DNA of 64,000 nt from the NCBI GenBank assembly GCA_044228265.1, contig JBGAVC010000011.1:816-64815 (forward strand), read 5' to 3'. The number at the start of each line of letters is the position of its first letter. Within the stretch, counting starts at the first letter, position 1. The translations under genes and the position numbers were made by a program. The notes under the pieces are model-generated. The model did no database searches, had not been told where the DNA came from, and saw only the letters and a list, made by a program, of their open reading frames with translations. Origin of the DNA: Pyrinomonadaceae bacterium (lineage in GTDB: Bacteria; Acidobacteriota; Blastocatellia; Pyrinomonadales; Pyrinomonadaceae). Positions 50,690 to 60,405 of this stretch are shown in pieces.

Positions 50690-52582
50690 ATGACAGACCC
50701 TAATTTACCGCCAAACATCACAAACGAAGAACTCATTAAATTCGTCACCGAGGCTGTCGAGCTATGCAAACCTGATGCGGTTCACTGGTGTGACGGGTCG
50801 CAGGCAGAGTACGACCGTCTATGCCAGGAGATGGTCGAATCGGGTACGTTTATCAAACTCAACCCTTCAAAACGGCCAAATTCGTTCCTAGCTCGCTCGC
50901 ACCCGTCGGACGTCGCGCGGGTCGAAGACCGTACATATATCTGCTCGCTCGCCAAGACCGATGCCGGACCGACCAACAACTGGATGGCGCCGCACGAGAT
51001 GAAGCAGATACTGAAAAAGAAGTTTGACGGTGCCATGCGCGGCCGCACGATGTACGTCGTACCATTCTGCATGGGGCCGATCGGCTCGCCGATATCGCAG
51101 TTCGGCGTGCAAGTGTCGGATTCGCCGTACGTGGCTGTCAACATGCGTATCATGACCCGTATGGGAACGCGGGCCCTCGACGCTCTCGGAAACGGCGAGT
51201 TCACACGCTGTCTCCACTCGGTAGGCATGCCTCTTGCGGCCGGCCAGCAGGACGTTCCATGGCCGTGCTCGCCTGACCCCAAGGACAAGTACATCGTTCA
51301 CTTCCCTTCGGAAAATTCGATCATCTCGTATGGCTCTGGCTACGGCGGCAACGCACTTTTGGGCAAGAAATGCCTCGCTCTGCGTATCGCGTCGAACCTC
51401 GGCCGTGCCCAGGGTTGGCTCGCAGAGCACATGCTCATCGTCGGCGTTAAGTCACCCGACGGCAAAAAGGATTATGTCTGCGCGGCGTTCCCGTCCGCCT
51501 GCGGCAAGACAAATTTTGCAATGCTCATTCCGCCCAAGGAGTTTCGTGATGAGGGCTGGGAGATCACGACCGTCGGCGACGATATTGCCTGGATCAAGCC
51601 TGACGAAAAAGGCCGACTCCACGCGATCAACCCGGAAGCCGGATTTTTTGGCGTCGCCCCGGGCACCAATTACTCGACCAACCCCAACGCCATGGAGTCG
51701 ATCCGTGAGAATACGATCTTTACGAACGTGGCCCTGACTGACGACGGCGACGTTTGGTGGGAAGGAATGGACGGCGAGCCGCCCGCACACGCCATCGACT
51801 GGCAGGGCAACGACTGGACGCCGGCCAGCGAGGCCAAGGCAGCTCATCCGAATTCGCGATTTACGGCACCGATCGAGCAATGTCCGGTCGCCGACGAGCG
51901 ATTTGACGACCCCAAAGGCGTGCCGGTTTCGGCCTTCATCTTCGGCGGCCGCCGCAACAACGTCGTGCCGCTCGTTCAGCAGTCCTTCAACTGGGCCTTT
52001 GGCGTTTATATGGCCGCGACAATGGGCTCCGAGATGACGGCGGCGGCATTCGGCAACATCGGCGAGGTCCGCCGCGACCCGTTCGCGATGCTTCCGTTCT
52101 GCGGATACCACATGGGCGAATATTTCGGCCACTGGCTCGATTTCGGCCGCAACATTCCGGATCCGCCGCGGATCTTCTCGGTGAACTGGTTCCTCAAGGA
52201 CGAGAACGGCAAGTTTGCCTGGCCGGGTTACGGCGAGAATATGCGCGTCCTGAAATGGATCGTGGAACGTTCACGAGGAAAATCGATCGGCATCGAAACC
52301 CCGCTCGGCTGGATGCCGCGCTACGAGGACATGGACTGGCGCGGGATCGATTTTACCCGCGAGCAATTCGACAAGGTCATGAACATCGACCGCGACCTGT
52401 GGCTCAAGGAGATCGCGATGCACGACGAGCTGTTCTTCAAACTCTACGATCGCTTGCCAAAAGAAATGACGTTCATCCGCGAGTTGCTGGTGTCCAATCT
52501 CTGGCGTTCGCATGAACTCGGCCTTGCAGCTTCGACTCCTGAATCGCTCGAGAGCGTGCGGGCCGCGAGCAAGGCAAAATGA
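50690..52582 (+). CDS. pckG: phosphoenolpyruvate carboxykinase (GTP)
   Basis: 630 aa from ATG 50690 (GGAG 9 nt upstream). P-loop FPSACGKTN and GDDIAWI. The TTG at 50675 in the track is rejected. Confidence 0.95.
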   Translation: MTDPNLPPNITNEELIKFVTEAVELCKPDAVHWCDGSQAEYDRLCQEMVESGTFIKLNPSKRPNSFLARSHPSDVARVEDRTYICSLAKTDAGPTNNWMAPHEMKQILKKKFDGAMRGRTMYVVPFCMGPIGSPISQFGVQVSDSPYVAVNMRIMTRMGTRALDALGNGEFTRCLHSVGMPLAAGQQDVPWPCSPDPKDKYIVHFPSENSIISYGSGYGGNALLGKKCLALRIASNLGRAQGWLAEHMLIVGVKSPDGKKDYVCAAFPSACGKTNFAMLIPPKEFRDEGWEITTVGDDIAWIKPDEKGRLHAINPEAGFFGVAPGTNYSTNPNAMESIRENTIFTNVALTDDGDVWWEGMDGEPPAHAIDWQGNDWTPASEAKAAHPNSRFTAPIEQCPVADERFDDPKGVPVSAFIFGGRRNNVVPLVQQSFNWAFGVYMAATMGSEMTAAAFGNIGEVRRDPFAMLPFCGYHMGEYFGHWLDFGRNIPDPPRIFSVNWFLKDENGKFAWPGYGENMRVLKWIVERSRGKSIGIETPLGWMPRYEDMDWRGIDFTREQFDKVMNIDRDLWLKEIAMHDELFFKLYDRLPKEMTFIRELLVSNLWRSHELGLAASTPESLESVRAASKAK

Positions 52583-52614
52583 CCGGTCAGTTTAGGGATC
52601 GGCTAAGTACGCTG

Positions 52615-52645
52615 AGGACGGGTTACGGCCCGTCCTTGTTCGTTT
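52615..52645 (+). terminator. candidate rho-independent terminator of pckG
   Basis: AGGACGGG-TTACGG-CCCGTCCT followed by TGTTCGTTT. Confidence 0.55.
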
Positions 52646-52730
52646 GAAAGCACGATCTACGTCTGTTCTCTGACAATCGAAGCCACAAAATAGGCGAATA
52701 TCAGATATGCAAAAGGAATAACGGCATAAA

Positions 52731-54080
52731 GTGACGAGCGATGGGAAAAAAGAGGAGAAACGAGCGTCGGAAGGCGACGGCTCCCGCTTACCGCCCATAT
52801 TCAGGGCGCTGCGTCACCGCAATTTTCAGTTGTTCTTTAGCGGTCAATTCATTTCACTTACTGGTACGTGGATGCAGTCGGTCGCTCAGAGCTGGCTCGT
52901 TTATCGCCTGACGGGCTCGGTTGTCCTTCTTGGGATGATCGGCTTTGCGTCGCAGATCCCGGTCTTCTTACTGGCACCGATCGGAGGGACGTTCGCCGAC
53001 CGGCACAACAGGCAAAAGATACTCATTTTCACGCAGTCGGCTGCGATGGCACTCGCTTCTGTACTCGCCGTACTCACGTTGACCGGCCTGGTCCACATTT
53101 GGCATCTGTTCGTCATCGCTGCCGGATTCGGTGTCGCCAACGCTTTTGATATCCCGACACGGCAGGCATTTGCCGTCGATATGGTCGGCAAAGAAGACCT
53201 TATTAATGCCATTGCGCTCAACTCGTCTATGTTCAATGGAGCGAGGATCGTGGGGCCGGCGATCGCCGGGATCCTGGTCGCGGCCGTCGGAGAAGGATGG
53301 TGTTTTTTCGGCAACGCAGTCAGTTACATCGCCGTCATCGCCGGCATCGTAATGATGAGGATCGAGCGTTCTGACCGGCCGCGGAAAGGTTCGACGATCA
53401 AGCACATCGCCGAGGGATTTCGGTTTGTGTACGAAACCGCCCCGGTACGTGCTCTGCTCCTGCTTCTTGGCCTGGTGAGCCTGATGGGGATGCCTTACGC
53501 CGTCCTGATGCCGATCTTCGCGGACCAGTATCTCGGTGGCGGCTCGAGCACGTTGGGATTTCTGATGGGAGCGAGCGGCCTCGGCGCATTGCTGGCCGCC
53601 CTTGCACTTGCATCACGAAAACACGTGTTCGGTCTTGGCAAATGGATCGCATTCGCCTGCGCAGGCTTGGGCACGGCCCTGATCTTGTTTTCCGTCTCCC
53701 GTAATTTCTACCTTTCACTCGTTCTTCTCGTCCCGGTCGGATTCTCGATGATGACGCAGATGTCTTCGTCGAACACGCTGGTCCAGGCGATGGTGCCCGA
53801 TACTCTTCGTGGCCGGGTGATGTCGGTCTACTCGATGATGTTCATGGGTCTGGCACCGTTCGGGGCCCTGCTCGCCGGTATGCTTGCAGGATATATTGGG
53901 GCGGCGGAGACGGTGGCTCTCGGCGGGGCAGTCTGCATTGTTGGGGCCGTGGTGTTTGGTTACAAGCTTTCGGGTCTCGAACAGGAAGGTAGGCAAATGA
54001 TCGTCGCAATGCAAATGACCGGCGGCGAGCCCGCATCGAAGGCGTTCGCCGGTTCACCTACCGAAGACGAGGTCGATTGA
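52731..54080 (+). CDS. MFS transporter (EntS/MFS_3-like)
   Basis: 449 aa, about 12 TM. N-terminal FRALRHRNFQLFFSGQFISLTGTWMQSVAQSWLVYRLTGS. GTG start. Confidence 0.85.
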   Translation: MTSDGKKEEKRASEGDGSRLPPIFRALRHRNFQLFFSGQFISLTGTWMQSVAQSWLVYRLTGSVVLLGMIGFASQIPVFLLAPIGGTFADRHNRQKILIFTQSAAMALASVLAVLTLTGLVHIWHLFVIAAGFGVANAFDIPTRQAFAVDMVGKEDLINAIALNSSMFNGARIVGPAIAGILVAAVGEGWCFFGNAVSYIAVIAGIVMMRIERSDRPRKGSTIKHIAEGFRFVYETAPVRALLLLLGLVSLMGMPYAVLMPIFADQYLGGGSSTLGFLMGASGLGALLAALALASRKHVFGLGKWIAFACAGLGTALILFSVSRNFYLSLVLLVPVGFSMMTQMSSSNTLVQAMVPDTLRGRVMSVYSMMFMGLAPFGALLAGMLAGYIGAAETVALGGAVCIVGAVVFGYKLSGLEQEGRQMIVAMQMTGGEPASKAFAGSPTEDEVD

Positions 54081-54179
54081 GAGGTTGTGAGCGGTCACGA
54101 GGCCCCGCGATCCATCGTTTGTCAACGGTTTTCTCAGACTTGCGCTATACTTGCGAACGTCTCCCGCAGGAGGGCTAAC

Positions 54180-54605
54180 ATGGAACGGTTTTTGGGAAGA
54201 TACTCGACTTACATTTACGCGATCTTGAGAATCGTTACGGGTTTTTTGTTCATGTGGCACGGGACCCAAAAGCTGTTTGGATATCCGCCTCAACAACTGC
54301 CGCCGGGCAGCCCGGCTCCTGGCGGCCTGTCGGCGACGATGGCAGCCGCGGGCGTCATCGAGACATTCGGAGGCCTGCTCATTATGGTCGGCCTATTTGC
54401 GGGCATCACGGCATTTATCGCTTGTGGAGAGATGGCTGTAGCTTTTTTTACGGCGCACTTTAGCTTGGCGGCGGTCCTGCCGATCCAAAACCGCGGCGAG
54501 CCGGCAGTTCTGTTCTGCTTTGTACTCCTTTACATTGCGTCCCGCGGCTCAGGGGTCTGGAGCATCGACTCGATATTTCGCACCGGCCCGGTCAGCGACA
54601 CCTGA
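54180..54605 (+). CDS. DoxX-family membrane protein
   Basis: 141 aa from ATG 54180: MERFLGRYSTYIYAILRIVTGFLFMWHGTQKLFG... Confidence 0.8.
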   Translation: MERFLGRYSTYIYAILRIVTGFLFMWHGTQKLFGYPPQQLPPGSPAPGGLSATMAAAGVIETFGGLLIMVGLFAGITAFIACGEMAVAFFTAHFSLAAVLPIQNRGEPAVLFCFVLLYIASRGSGVWSIDSIFRTGPVSDT

Positions 54606-54655
54606 TGGCGGACAAACTTTGCGCTTCGTACGATATCTAAGTAGCTGACAAATAT

Positions 54656-55366
54656 ATGGAAAACTTTACCTCCACATTTGGAAATCCGGTCGCCGAAGCT
54701 GCTCCCGTTGAGCGTGCCGCGTTCATTCGAAAGACTTACTTGCTGCTTGCCGCGGCAATCCTCGCCTTTATCGTTGTCGAGGCTCTTTTCTTTGCATCGG
54801 GTATTGCATCGGTGATCGCGACGGTCGTCTTCTCAGGCGGCAGGATCGGGTGGCTCGGGATACTTGCCGGGTTTATGCTCATTTCATGGCTCTCTAACAA
54901 ATGGGCGGTTTCCGATGTCTCAAGCGCGGTCCAATACCTCGGACTCGGAATATTCATAGTCGCCGAGGCTGTCATTTTCGTCCCGCTCCTGACGATAGCG
55001 GCATACGCCTCCGGCGACCCGTCGGTGATCCTCAAAGCGGGCATCGTATCGCTCGGTTTGTTCGGCGGGCTTAGCCTGACGGTCTTCGTCACGAGGTCCG
55101 ATTTCTCCTGGCTCGCTCCGATCCTCGCGATCGGCGGGTTTGCGGCTCTCGGATTCATCGTTGCCAGTGCCATCTTCGGATTTACGCTTGGTAATGTCTT
55201 TGCGTTCGTAATGGTCGCTTTCGCCGGAACGGCCATACTTTACGAAACATCGAACGTACTTCACCGGTTCAACACGAAACAGCATGTCGCCGCGGCCTTG
55301 TCTCTGTTTGCAAGCGTTGCGTTGTTGTTCTGGTATATTTTGAGAATTTTCAGCTCTCGGCGATAA
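54656..55366 (+). CDS. Bax inhibitor-1/YccA-family membrane protein
   Basis: 236 aa, 7 TM. N-terminal [18 protein letters not shown] and a C-terminal charged tail. Confidence 0.8.
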   Translation: MENFTSTFGNPVAEAAPVERAAFIRKTYLLLAAAILAFIVVEALFFASGIASVIATVVFSGGRIGWLGILAGFMLISWLSNKWAVSDVSSAVQYLGLGIFIVAEAVIFVPLLTIAAYASGDPSVILKAGIVSLGLFGGLSLTVFVTRSDFSWLAPILAIGGFAALGFIVASAIFGFTLGNVFAFVMVAFAGTAILYETSNVLHRFNTKQHVAAALSLFASVALLFWYILRIFSSRR

Positions 55367-55391
55367 TTGGCTGGAAAACGGGGGAAAAGAT

Positions 55392-55994
55392 ATGAAACTA
55401 CTGATCAAAACTGCCTTGCTGATCGCCGCGATGGCGATCGCCGCGATGGCCCAAACGCCGACGCCGTCTCCAGCAAAGGCACCGACGCCGGCTCCGACGC
55501 CGCCGCCGTACGACAAGCTCAAGGTCGGCGACATGGCGCCGGACTTCACGCTTCCCGACCTCACGGGTAAAGCAGTGAAATTGAGCGACTTTCGCGGCAA
55601 GAACAACGTCGTACTGGCCTTCTACGTATTCGCCTTCACAGGTGGCTGAACGAAGGAAATGCAGGGATACCAGGCTGGTATCGCCAAATTCGAAGAAGCA
55701 AATACGAAGGTTTTTGGGATCAGCATGGACTCGCGGTTCTCTAACGCGGCCTTTGCTGAAAAGATAGGTGTCACGTCATTCCAGATATTGAGCGACTGGA
55801 CGCGCGTGGCCACCAAAGAATACGGGCTTTACAACGAGGCAAGACAGTTCGGACGTCGAGGTACGTTCGTGGTCGATAAGGAAGGCAAGATCCAGCAGAT
55901 CGTGATCGACAACCTTGCGATCGATCCGACGAGCACGCTTGAAGCATGCAGCCTGCTTGAAAAGAAGCTTGTCGTCGCGCCGCCGAAACCATAA
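55392..55994 (+). CDS. exported AhpE-type 1-Cys peroxiredoxin with in-frame TGA (55647-55649) at the peroxidatic position; probable selenocysteine protein
   Basis: Two track ORFs (55392-55649 and 55659-55994) share one frame and are separated only by the TGA. The joined product is ...[22 protein letters not shown]...FQILSDW...[12 protein letters not shown]..., collinear with AhpE-like Prx (…FFPLAFTGIC…RGTFVVD…). It also has a signal peptide and a TP-rich linker. Confidence 0.7.
55664..55685 (+). promoter_or_regulatory. SECIS-like stem-loop 14 nt downstream of the in-frame UGA
   Basis: GG-GAUACCA-GGC-UGGUAUC-(G)-CC: 7 bp plus 2 bp with one bulged G and a G-rich apical loop. The UGA-to-loop distance is about 23 nt. 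Confidence 0.55.
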
Positions 55995-56009
55995 CGCCCG
56001 ATAGCTCGG

Positions 56010-56270
56010 GTGAGTTATATGCAGACAACCAGCTACGCCCCGTGTCCAAAGTGCGGGGCGTCAGATGCAAAGGCTGTAAGCTTTACCTGGTGGGGCGGCG
56101 TGCTCGGCCCCAAGATGCTAAACCACGTCAAATGCCAGGCTTGCCGTGCCGCATACAACGGGAAGACTGGCAAGGACAACACCGCTGGGATCGCGATCTA
56201 TTTTGTCGTGGTCGGTGTACTGGCGTTCGTACTGATGGCAGTAATGATCGTCGCTTTCAAGGCTGTTTAG
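56010..56270 (+). CDS. small zinc-ribbon protein with C-terminal TM helix
   Basis: CPKC...CQAC pairs and a C-terminal IAIYFVVVGVLAFVLMAVMIVAF. The GTG start at 56010 or the ATG at 56019 is possible. Confidence 0.5.
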   Translation: MSYMQTTSYAPCPKCGASDAKAVSFTWWGGVLGPKMLNHVKCQACRAAYNGKTGKDNTAGIAIYFVVVGVLAFVLMAVMIVAFKAV

Positions 56271-56503
56271 ATATCGGCGAGAGCGTCGGTATCGAGGTCC
56301 CTGACGCCCATCTCACCGTTTGCGTCCTTCATCAATACCTGGATCCGCCGCTCGGCGGTTGCAAGGCGTTCGCGGCATTCTCTCGACAGTTTTATCCCGC
56401 TTTCAAACAAGGTGAGGCTCTCCTCAAGCGGCAGGTCGCCTTGCTCGAGTCGTGAAACGATCGTCTCGAGTTCCTCCAAAGATTGTTCAAATGTTTTTTC
56501 CAT
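56267..56503 (-). CDS. xseB: exodeoxyribonuclease VII small subunit
   Basis: MEKTFEQSLEELETIVSRLEQGDLPLEESLTLFESGIKLSRECRERL... The ATG at 56503 lies 2 nt after the upstream stop. Confidence 0.9.
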   Translation of the reverse strand: MEKTFEQSLEELETIVSRLEQGDLPLEESLTLFESGIKLSRECRERLATAERRIQVLMKDANGEMGVRDLDTDALADI

Positions 56504-56505
56504 GA

Positions 56506-57279
56506 TCACCTGATCAGCTCATCCGCCTTTTTCAGTATGTCAGTCAGCGCCGGGACGCCGAGCTTGCTCGCCGCCTTGCTCAAGCCGCCGTTCTTCGCAA
56601 CGTCAATTATCTCCTGTCCGATCTTTCGGGCAATGTCGGTAGCAAGATTGTCGTCCTTGACGCCAACTACATGCCAGCGGTCGCCGTTGCGTTTCATCTT
56701 CAGCTCAAGCGGATGCTCGGCCAATTTGCTCTTTACAACCGCCGAGTCGCCCGTCACTGTGATATCAAGATATCGACCGGCCCCGAGCACCATCAAGGCA
56801 AAAGGTACGTTCCCAAACGCCGCGACGCGGTCCCTGATGATCCGCGGCAATTCGGCCTTTGCACGTTCCTTGACGGACGGCATGATCGGCGTCGCGAGCT
56901 TTGCAAGCTGGCCAACGACAGCAGGCGGCAAACCCTTGCCATAAAGCTCGACCGCCTTACTCGTGACCTGCGGCACAAAATCCTCGACGACAGCATCGAC
57001 GTCGACGAGCGTGTTGACCGTGGTTTGATCGTCGTTGCGGGCCGCGTCCGCGATCAATGCCAGCGAGTACTGCGGTGTGCTTTTCAGGCTTTGCCAATAT
57101 ATCGCTCCTCCGATCGCCCCGATCACCGCGATCAGCAATAATGGCACCGCGATCAACAGTAGGATCTTTCCCGCACGGCCGGCACGACGAGGTCTCGGTA
57201 TGTCCGCGGCGGGTTCGGCAGACGGTTGCGGGTCCTTGTCCGGGCCGTTACCCGAAAGATCGACTGTAAACCTCGACAT
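56506..57279 (-). CDS. membrane-anchored protein of unknown function inserted between xseA and xseB
   Basis: 257 aa. Disordered N-terminus, one TM helix (ILLLIAVPLLLIAVIGAIGGAIYW), then a ~190-aa soluble domain. The gap to the xseA stop is 9 nt. Confidence 0.6.
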   Translation of the reverse strand: MSRFTVDLSGNGPDKDPQPSAEPAADIPRPRRAGRAGKILLLIAVPLLLIAVIGAIGGAIYWQSLKSTPQYSLALIADAARNDDQTTVNTLVDVDAVVEDFVPQVTSKAVELYGKGLPPAVVGQLAKLATPIMPSVKERAKAELPRIIRDRVAAFGNVPFALMVLGAGRYLDITVTGDSAVVKSKLAEHPLELKMKRNGDRWHVVGVKDDNLATDIARKIGQEIIDVAKNGGLSKAASKLGVPALTDILKKADELIR

Positions 57280-57288
57280 CGATGAGAG

Positions 57289-58608
57289 CTACTCCTCCGC
57301 CGGCAAAACCGCCGCGTTCAGTTTGCCCTTTTCGAGGCGTATTTTCAATTTATCTCCCGGCCGTACATCGGCCGGGTCGCGAAGAATGCGCCCATCGGCC
57401 GTTTGTGTGATCGAGAACCCGCGATGGAGCACCGAGAGCGGTGACAACGCATCGAGCTTTGCCACGCCGAGCTTGAGGCTTTCCTGTTTTGCCGCGAGCA
57501 GCTTCGACACCGCTGCGGACTGCCGCTGCAGCAGCGATCTCATGACGTGAACGCCATCCGAAACTCGCGCGGTCAGCCGGACCGGCGACAATCGGGCAGA
57601 AACCTGTGCAAACTTGCTTGCCGCGGACGTGAACTTCGCCGTAAATGCGTCGCGCATCGTCATATCAGCGTAATTCACGCGGCCGGCAGTCTCTGCGATT
57701 TCCATCGTCATGATGTCCACAAGCTTTTCTTCTCGCGATCTGAGCCGGTAGATAATGTCTTCTTCACGGCCGGCGACTATCTCGGCCGCTGCCGAAGGAG
57801 TCGCGGCACGCACATCAGCCACCATGTCGGCGATGGTCGTGTCGATCTCGTGGCCCACGGCCGAGATCACGGGTATCACGCTCGCCCTCAGCACGCGCGC
57901 CAGTTGCTCGTCGTTAAATGCCCACAGGTCCTCTGCCGAACCGCCGCCGCGGCCCACGATCAGGACGTCGATCCTCTCAGTCTGCGAGAGGCTGAGGTTA
58001 TAGGCGTTAACGTCAAGGACCGCTTGACGAATGCAATCAGCCGCGGTCTCGCCCTGCACGAGCGTCGGTATGAGCAGCATGCTGACCGAGCGAGCGCGTC
58101 TGGTGAGAACGTTTTTGATATCGTGAAACGCCGCTCCCGTCGCGCTGGTCACTACACCGACCCTCCGTGGCAGGAACGGGATCGGTCGCTTGATCTCGGG
58201 AGCGAACAGTCCCTCGGTTTCGAGCCGCGTTCGTATCTGCTCGAATGCCGCCCGCAGTGCCCCTTCGCCGGAAGGTTCGAGCGAGTCGACCGTGAGCTTC
58301 AGCTCGCCCTTAGCTTCCCAGTAAGTGATCTTTCCACGTATGCGGATCAGATCGCCGTTTCGCGGCATGTACCTGATCCGCGTGTTGGTCCCTCTCCAGC
58401 AGACGCACTTTATCTGGGCGGTCCCGTCATTGAGATTGAAATACCAGTGCTGCGACGCCGCCGAGTTGAAATTTACGACCTCGCCTTCGACCCAAACGTT
58501 CGAAAACTTTCGTTCGATCGTTGAACGCACTTGCGCGTTCAACTCCGACACCGTCAGCGGCCGGCGTTCGGCCTGTTCCAGTAAAATGTCGAATAGTGGT
58601 GCGCTCAA
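57289..58608 (-). CDS. xseA: exodeoxyribonuclease VII large subunit
   Basis: 439 aa. N-terminal OB fold (LTVSELNAQVRSTIERKFSNVWVEGEVVNF), a catalytic core (GRGGGSAEDLWAFNDE) and a C-terminal coiled region. Confidence 0.93.
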   Translation of the reverse strand: MSAPLFDILLEQAERRPLTVSELNAQVRSTIERKFSNVWVEGEVVNFNSAASQHWYFNLNDGTAQIKCVCWRGTNTRIRYMPRNGDLIRIRGKITYWEAKGELKLTVDSLEPSGEGALRAAFEQIRTRLETEGLFAPEIKRPIPFLPRRVGVVTSATGAAFHDIKNVLTRRARSVSMLLIPTLVQGETAADCIRQAVLDVNAYNLSLSQTERIDVLIVGRGGGSAEDLWAFNDEQLARVLRASVIPVISAVGHEIDTTIADMVADVRAATPSAAAEIVAGREEDIIYRLRSREEKLVDIMTMEIAETAGRVNYADMTMRDAFTAKFTSAASKFAQVSARLSPVRLTARVSDGVHVMRSLLQRQSAAVSKLLAAKQESLKLGVAKLDALSPLSVLHRGFSITQTADGRILRDPADVRPGDKLKIRLEKGKLNAAVLPAEE

Positions 58609-58614
58609 ATGTGG

Positions 58615-60402
58615 TTATTGTACCGCGACGACTGAATTAATGGTCGTAAAGGTATTTGGCTTCCGGACACGGATCTTAAGTCTTGGCGAAGCCCCTTCGG
58701 CCGAAGTCGCTGAGGCCGAGCGGTATTTGACGTTGTAGGCCGTTCGAAGCTGGAGGACGATGTCCTCGTACGCTTCCTGGATCTGGCTCAGACGCGAGAT
58801 CGAATAATAGACTCCGCCCGACACCTTTGCGAGCTTTTCGCCCTCGCCTTCGGATTTAGCCGACAGCGACATATATTTTTCGCGCATCGGATCGACGCGG
58901 GCGGCGTTGGATTGCGCCGCGAGGGCGATGAGGCCCGAAGGCACGTAGAGCGGATAGATCAACGCCCCGCTTTCCTGGATCGAGCCCATCAGCGAATCGA
59001 ACGCCAGGAACGAACGGTTGTCGTCCCCATCCGTCAACACGACGATCGCGGTCCGTTCGCCCTTGATCGGCCGCAAGGTGTCCGAAATGACGTACGCGAG
59101 GGCATCGTAATAAGCCGTCCCGCCGCCCGCATCGAAGGTATCGAGGCTCTCGGACAGTTTGCCTTTGTCGGTAGTGAATCTGGACAGAACTTTGATGTCT
59201 TCGTTGAATATCACGATCGAGATACGGTCATTACGGTCAACAGTTTCGACAAAGCTCCTCGCCGCTTTGCGTATAAAGTTGACATAGTTCTCGACGCTTC
59301 CCGACACGTCGAGCAGGAGCACGAGATTAAATGGAGCGGTCGAACGCTCAACCGAGACGACCTCTTTCTGCGAGCCGCCTTCCGTGACCTCAAAGTCCCT
59401 TGCTTCGAGCCCCGGGATCGAGCGGTTCCTGAGATCTGTGACGCGAACAAGGGCCTGTCGAAACTCGGTCGTAGGCACATCCGGAGCCTTGTCTCTGGTC
59501 GCGAACGTCGGCTCTTTTTTGAGCGGCGGCAGGCTTCGGGCATAATCGCCGTAATATTTCGGTGCCGCACGTCGTATAGCTTCCATCAATAGCGAATCGC
59601 CGCTTCGGACGATCGCTTTTGCGGCCTCGGTTAGCGGCCGCTCGCGAAGGTCGCTGCCGACCTCGTTCGGCGGCACGTTGACGAGAACGATGCCGCGGGC
59701 CGTGGTGAAATTGAGCGAGACCTCTCTCGAGACAGGACGCTTGTCGTCTGCGGGCGGATCGCTCGTTCCGTCAGTCGCCTGGCCGGGATCTGCATCCGCG
59801 TCGTCTTCCTTTTTCTTCTTTTTCTTTCGTTTGGCCTCGCCGTTGTCCGAATACGTACCGCGTATCTCGAATCTGCCCGCTTTCATTTCACGGACCTTGG
59901 CAAGCTCGAAATCGCAAACGTATCTCGGCCTTGAGTCGGTCCATGTAAACCGGTATTTAAGGTCATCGGTCGGCACGTCGACCGCGACCGTTCCTGTCTC
60001 GGTCTTGACGTCGACGGCCGCAAGATTACCCGAGACGTCGACCTGGCCTCTACCTGTATTTATTTTGACTGTCGTGCGTTCGGGGACCGACAGCGTCAGA
60101 TCGATCCGCTTTTCAACCTGGGCCGAAGCCACTTCGATGACGGCGGATCCGGCGCTTTCGTTGATCTTCAGCTCGGTGCCGCTTACTCCTGCGGGCGAGA
60201 CCGCCGTCACCTTGCTCTCTGCCGGTACGCCCTTTGAAGGAGCAACGGCCATGACGGTCACACGTCCAAATTTGTTCGTGATCTCGACCGTCGCGTGGTC
60301 GTTGAGCTTCAACTGACGATCCACGCTCTGTGCCAAGACGGCAGTTCCGGAGATCGTTAAAGTTATTAAAGTGAGAGTGGGAATACGGAGTCTAAGATGC
60401 AT
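58615..60402 (-). CDS. secreted protein with N-terminal DUF4097/Toastrack-like beta-rich domain and C-terminal von Willebrand factor A domain
   Basis: 595 aa. Signal peptide, repetitive beta segments (VDVSGNLAAVDVKTETGTVAVDVP), a poly-Lys/acidic linker (KRKKKKKKEDDADAD) and the MIDAS motif LLLDVSGSV. Confidence 0.75.
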   Translation of the reverse strand: MHLRLRIPTLTLITLTISGTAVLAQSVDRQLKLNDHATVEITNKFGRVTVMAVAPSKGVPAESKVTAVSPAGVSGTELKINESAGSAVIEVASAQVEKRIDLTLSVPERTTVKINTGRGQVDVSGNLAAVDVKTETGTVAVDVPTDDLKYRFTWTDSRPRYVCDFELAKVREMKAGRFEIRGTYSDNGEAKRKKKKKKEDDADADPGQATDGTSDPPADDKRPVSREVSLNFTTARGIVLVNVPPNEVGSDLRERPLTEAAKAIVRSGDSLLMEAIRRAAPKYYGDYARSLPPLKKEPTFATRDKAPDVPTTEFRQALVRVTDLRNRSIPGLEARDFEVTEGGSQKEVVSVERSTAPFNLVLLLDVSGSVENYVNFIRKAARSFVETVDRNDRISIVIFNEDIKVLSRFTTDKGKLSESLDTFDAGGGTAYYDALAYVISDTLRPIKGERTAIVVLTDGDDNRSFLAFDSLMGSIQESGALIYPLYVPSGLIALAAQSNAARVDPMREKYMSLSAKSEGEGEKLAKVSGGVYYSISRLSQIQEAYEDIVLQLRTAYNVKYRSASATSAEGASPRLKIRVRKPNTFTTINSVVAVQ

Positions 60403-60405
60403 GTC

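Noticed and set aside
55659-55994. Treating the downstream half of the peroxiredoxin as an independent 111-aa gene (an ATG with a GAAGGA upstream exists), or the pair as a pseudogene
   Set aside because: It is in the same frame as the upstream half, and the stop is exactly at the catalytic residue. The half-protein would lack the active site and the first strands of the fold, and a SECIS-like hairpin is present. Pseudogene status cannot be fully excluded without knowing the Sec machinery.
57547-58524. 325-aa plus-strand ORF
   Set aside because: It is antisense to xseA. It is Arg-rich and has no motifs.
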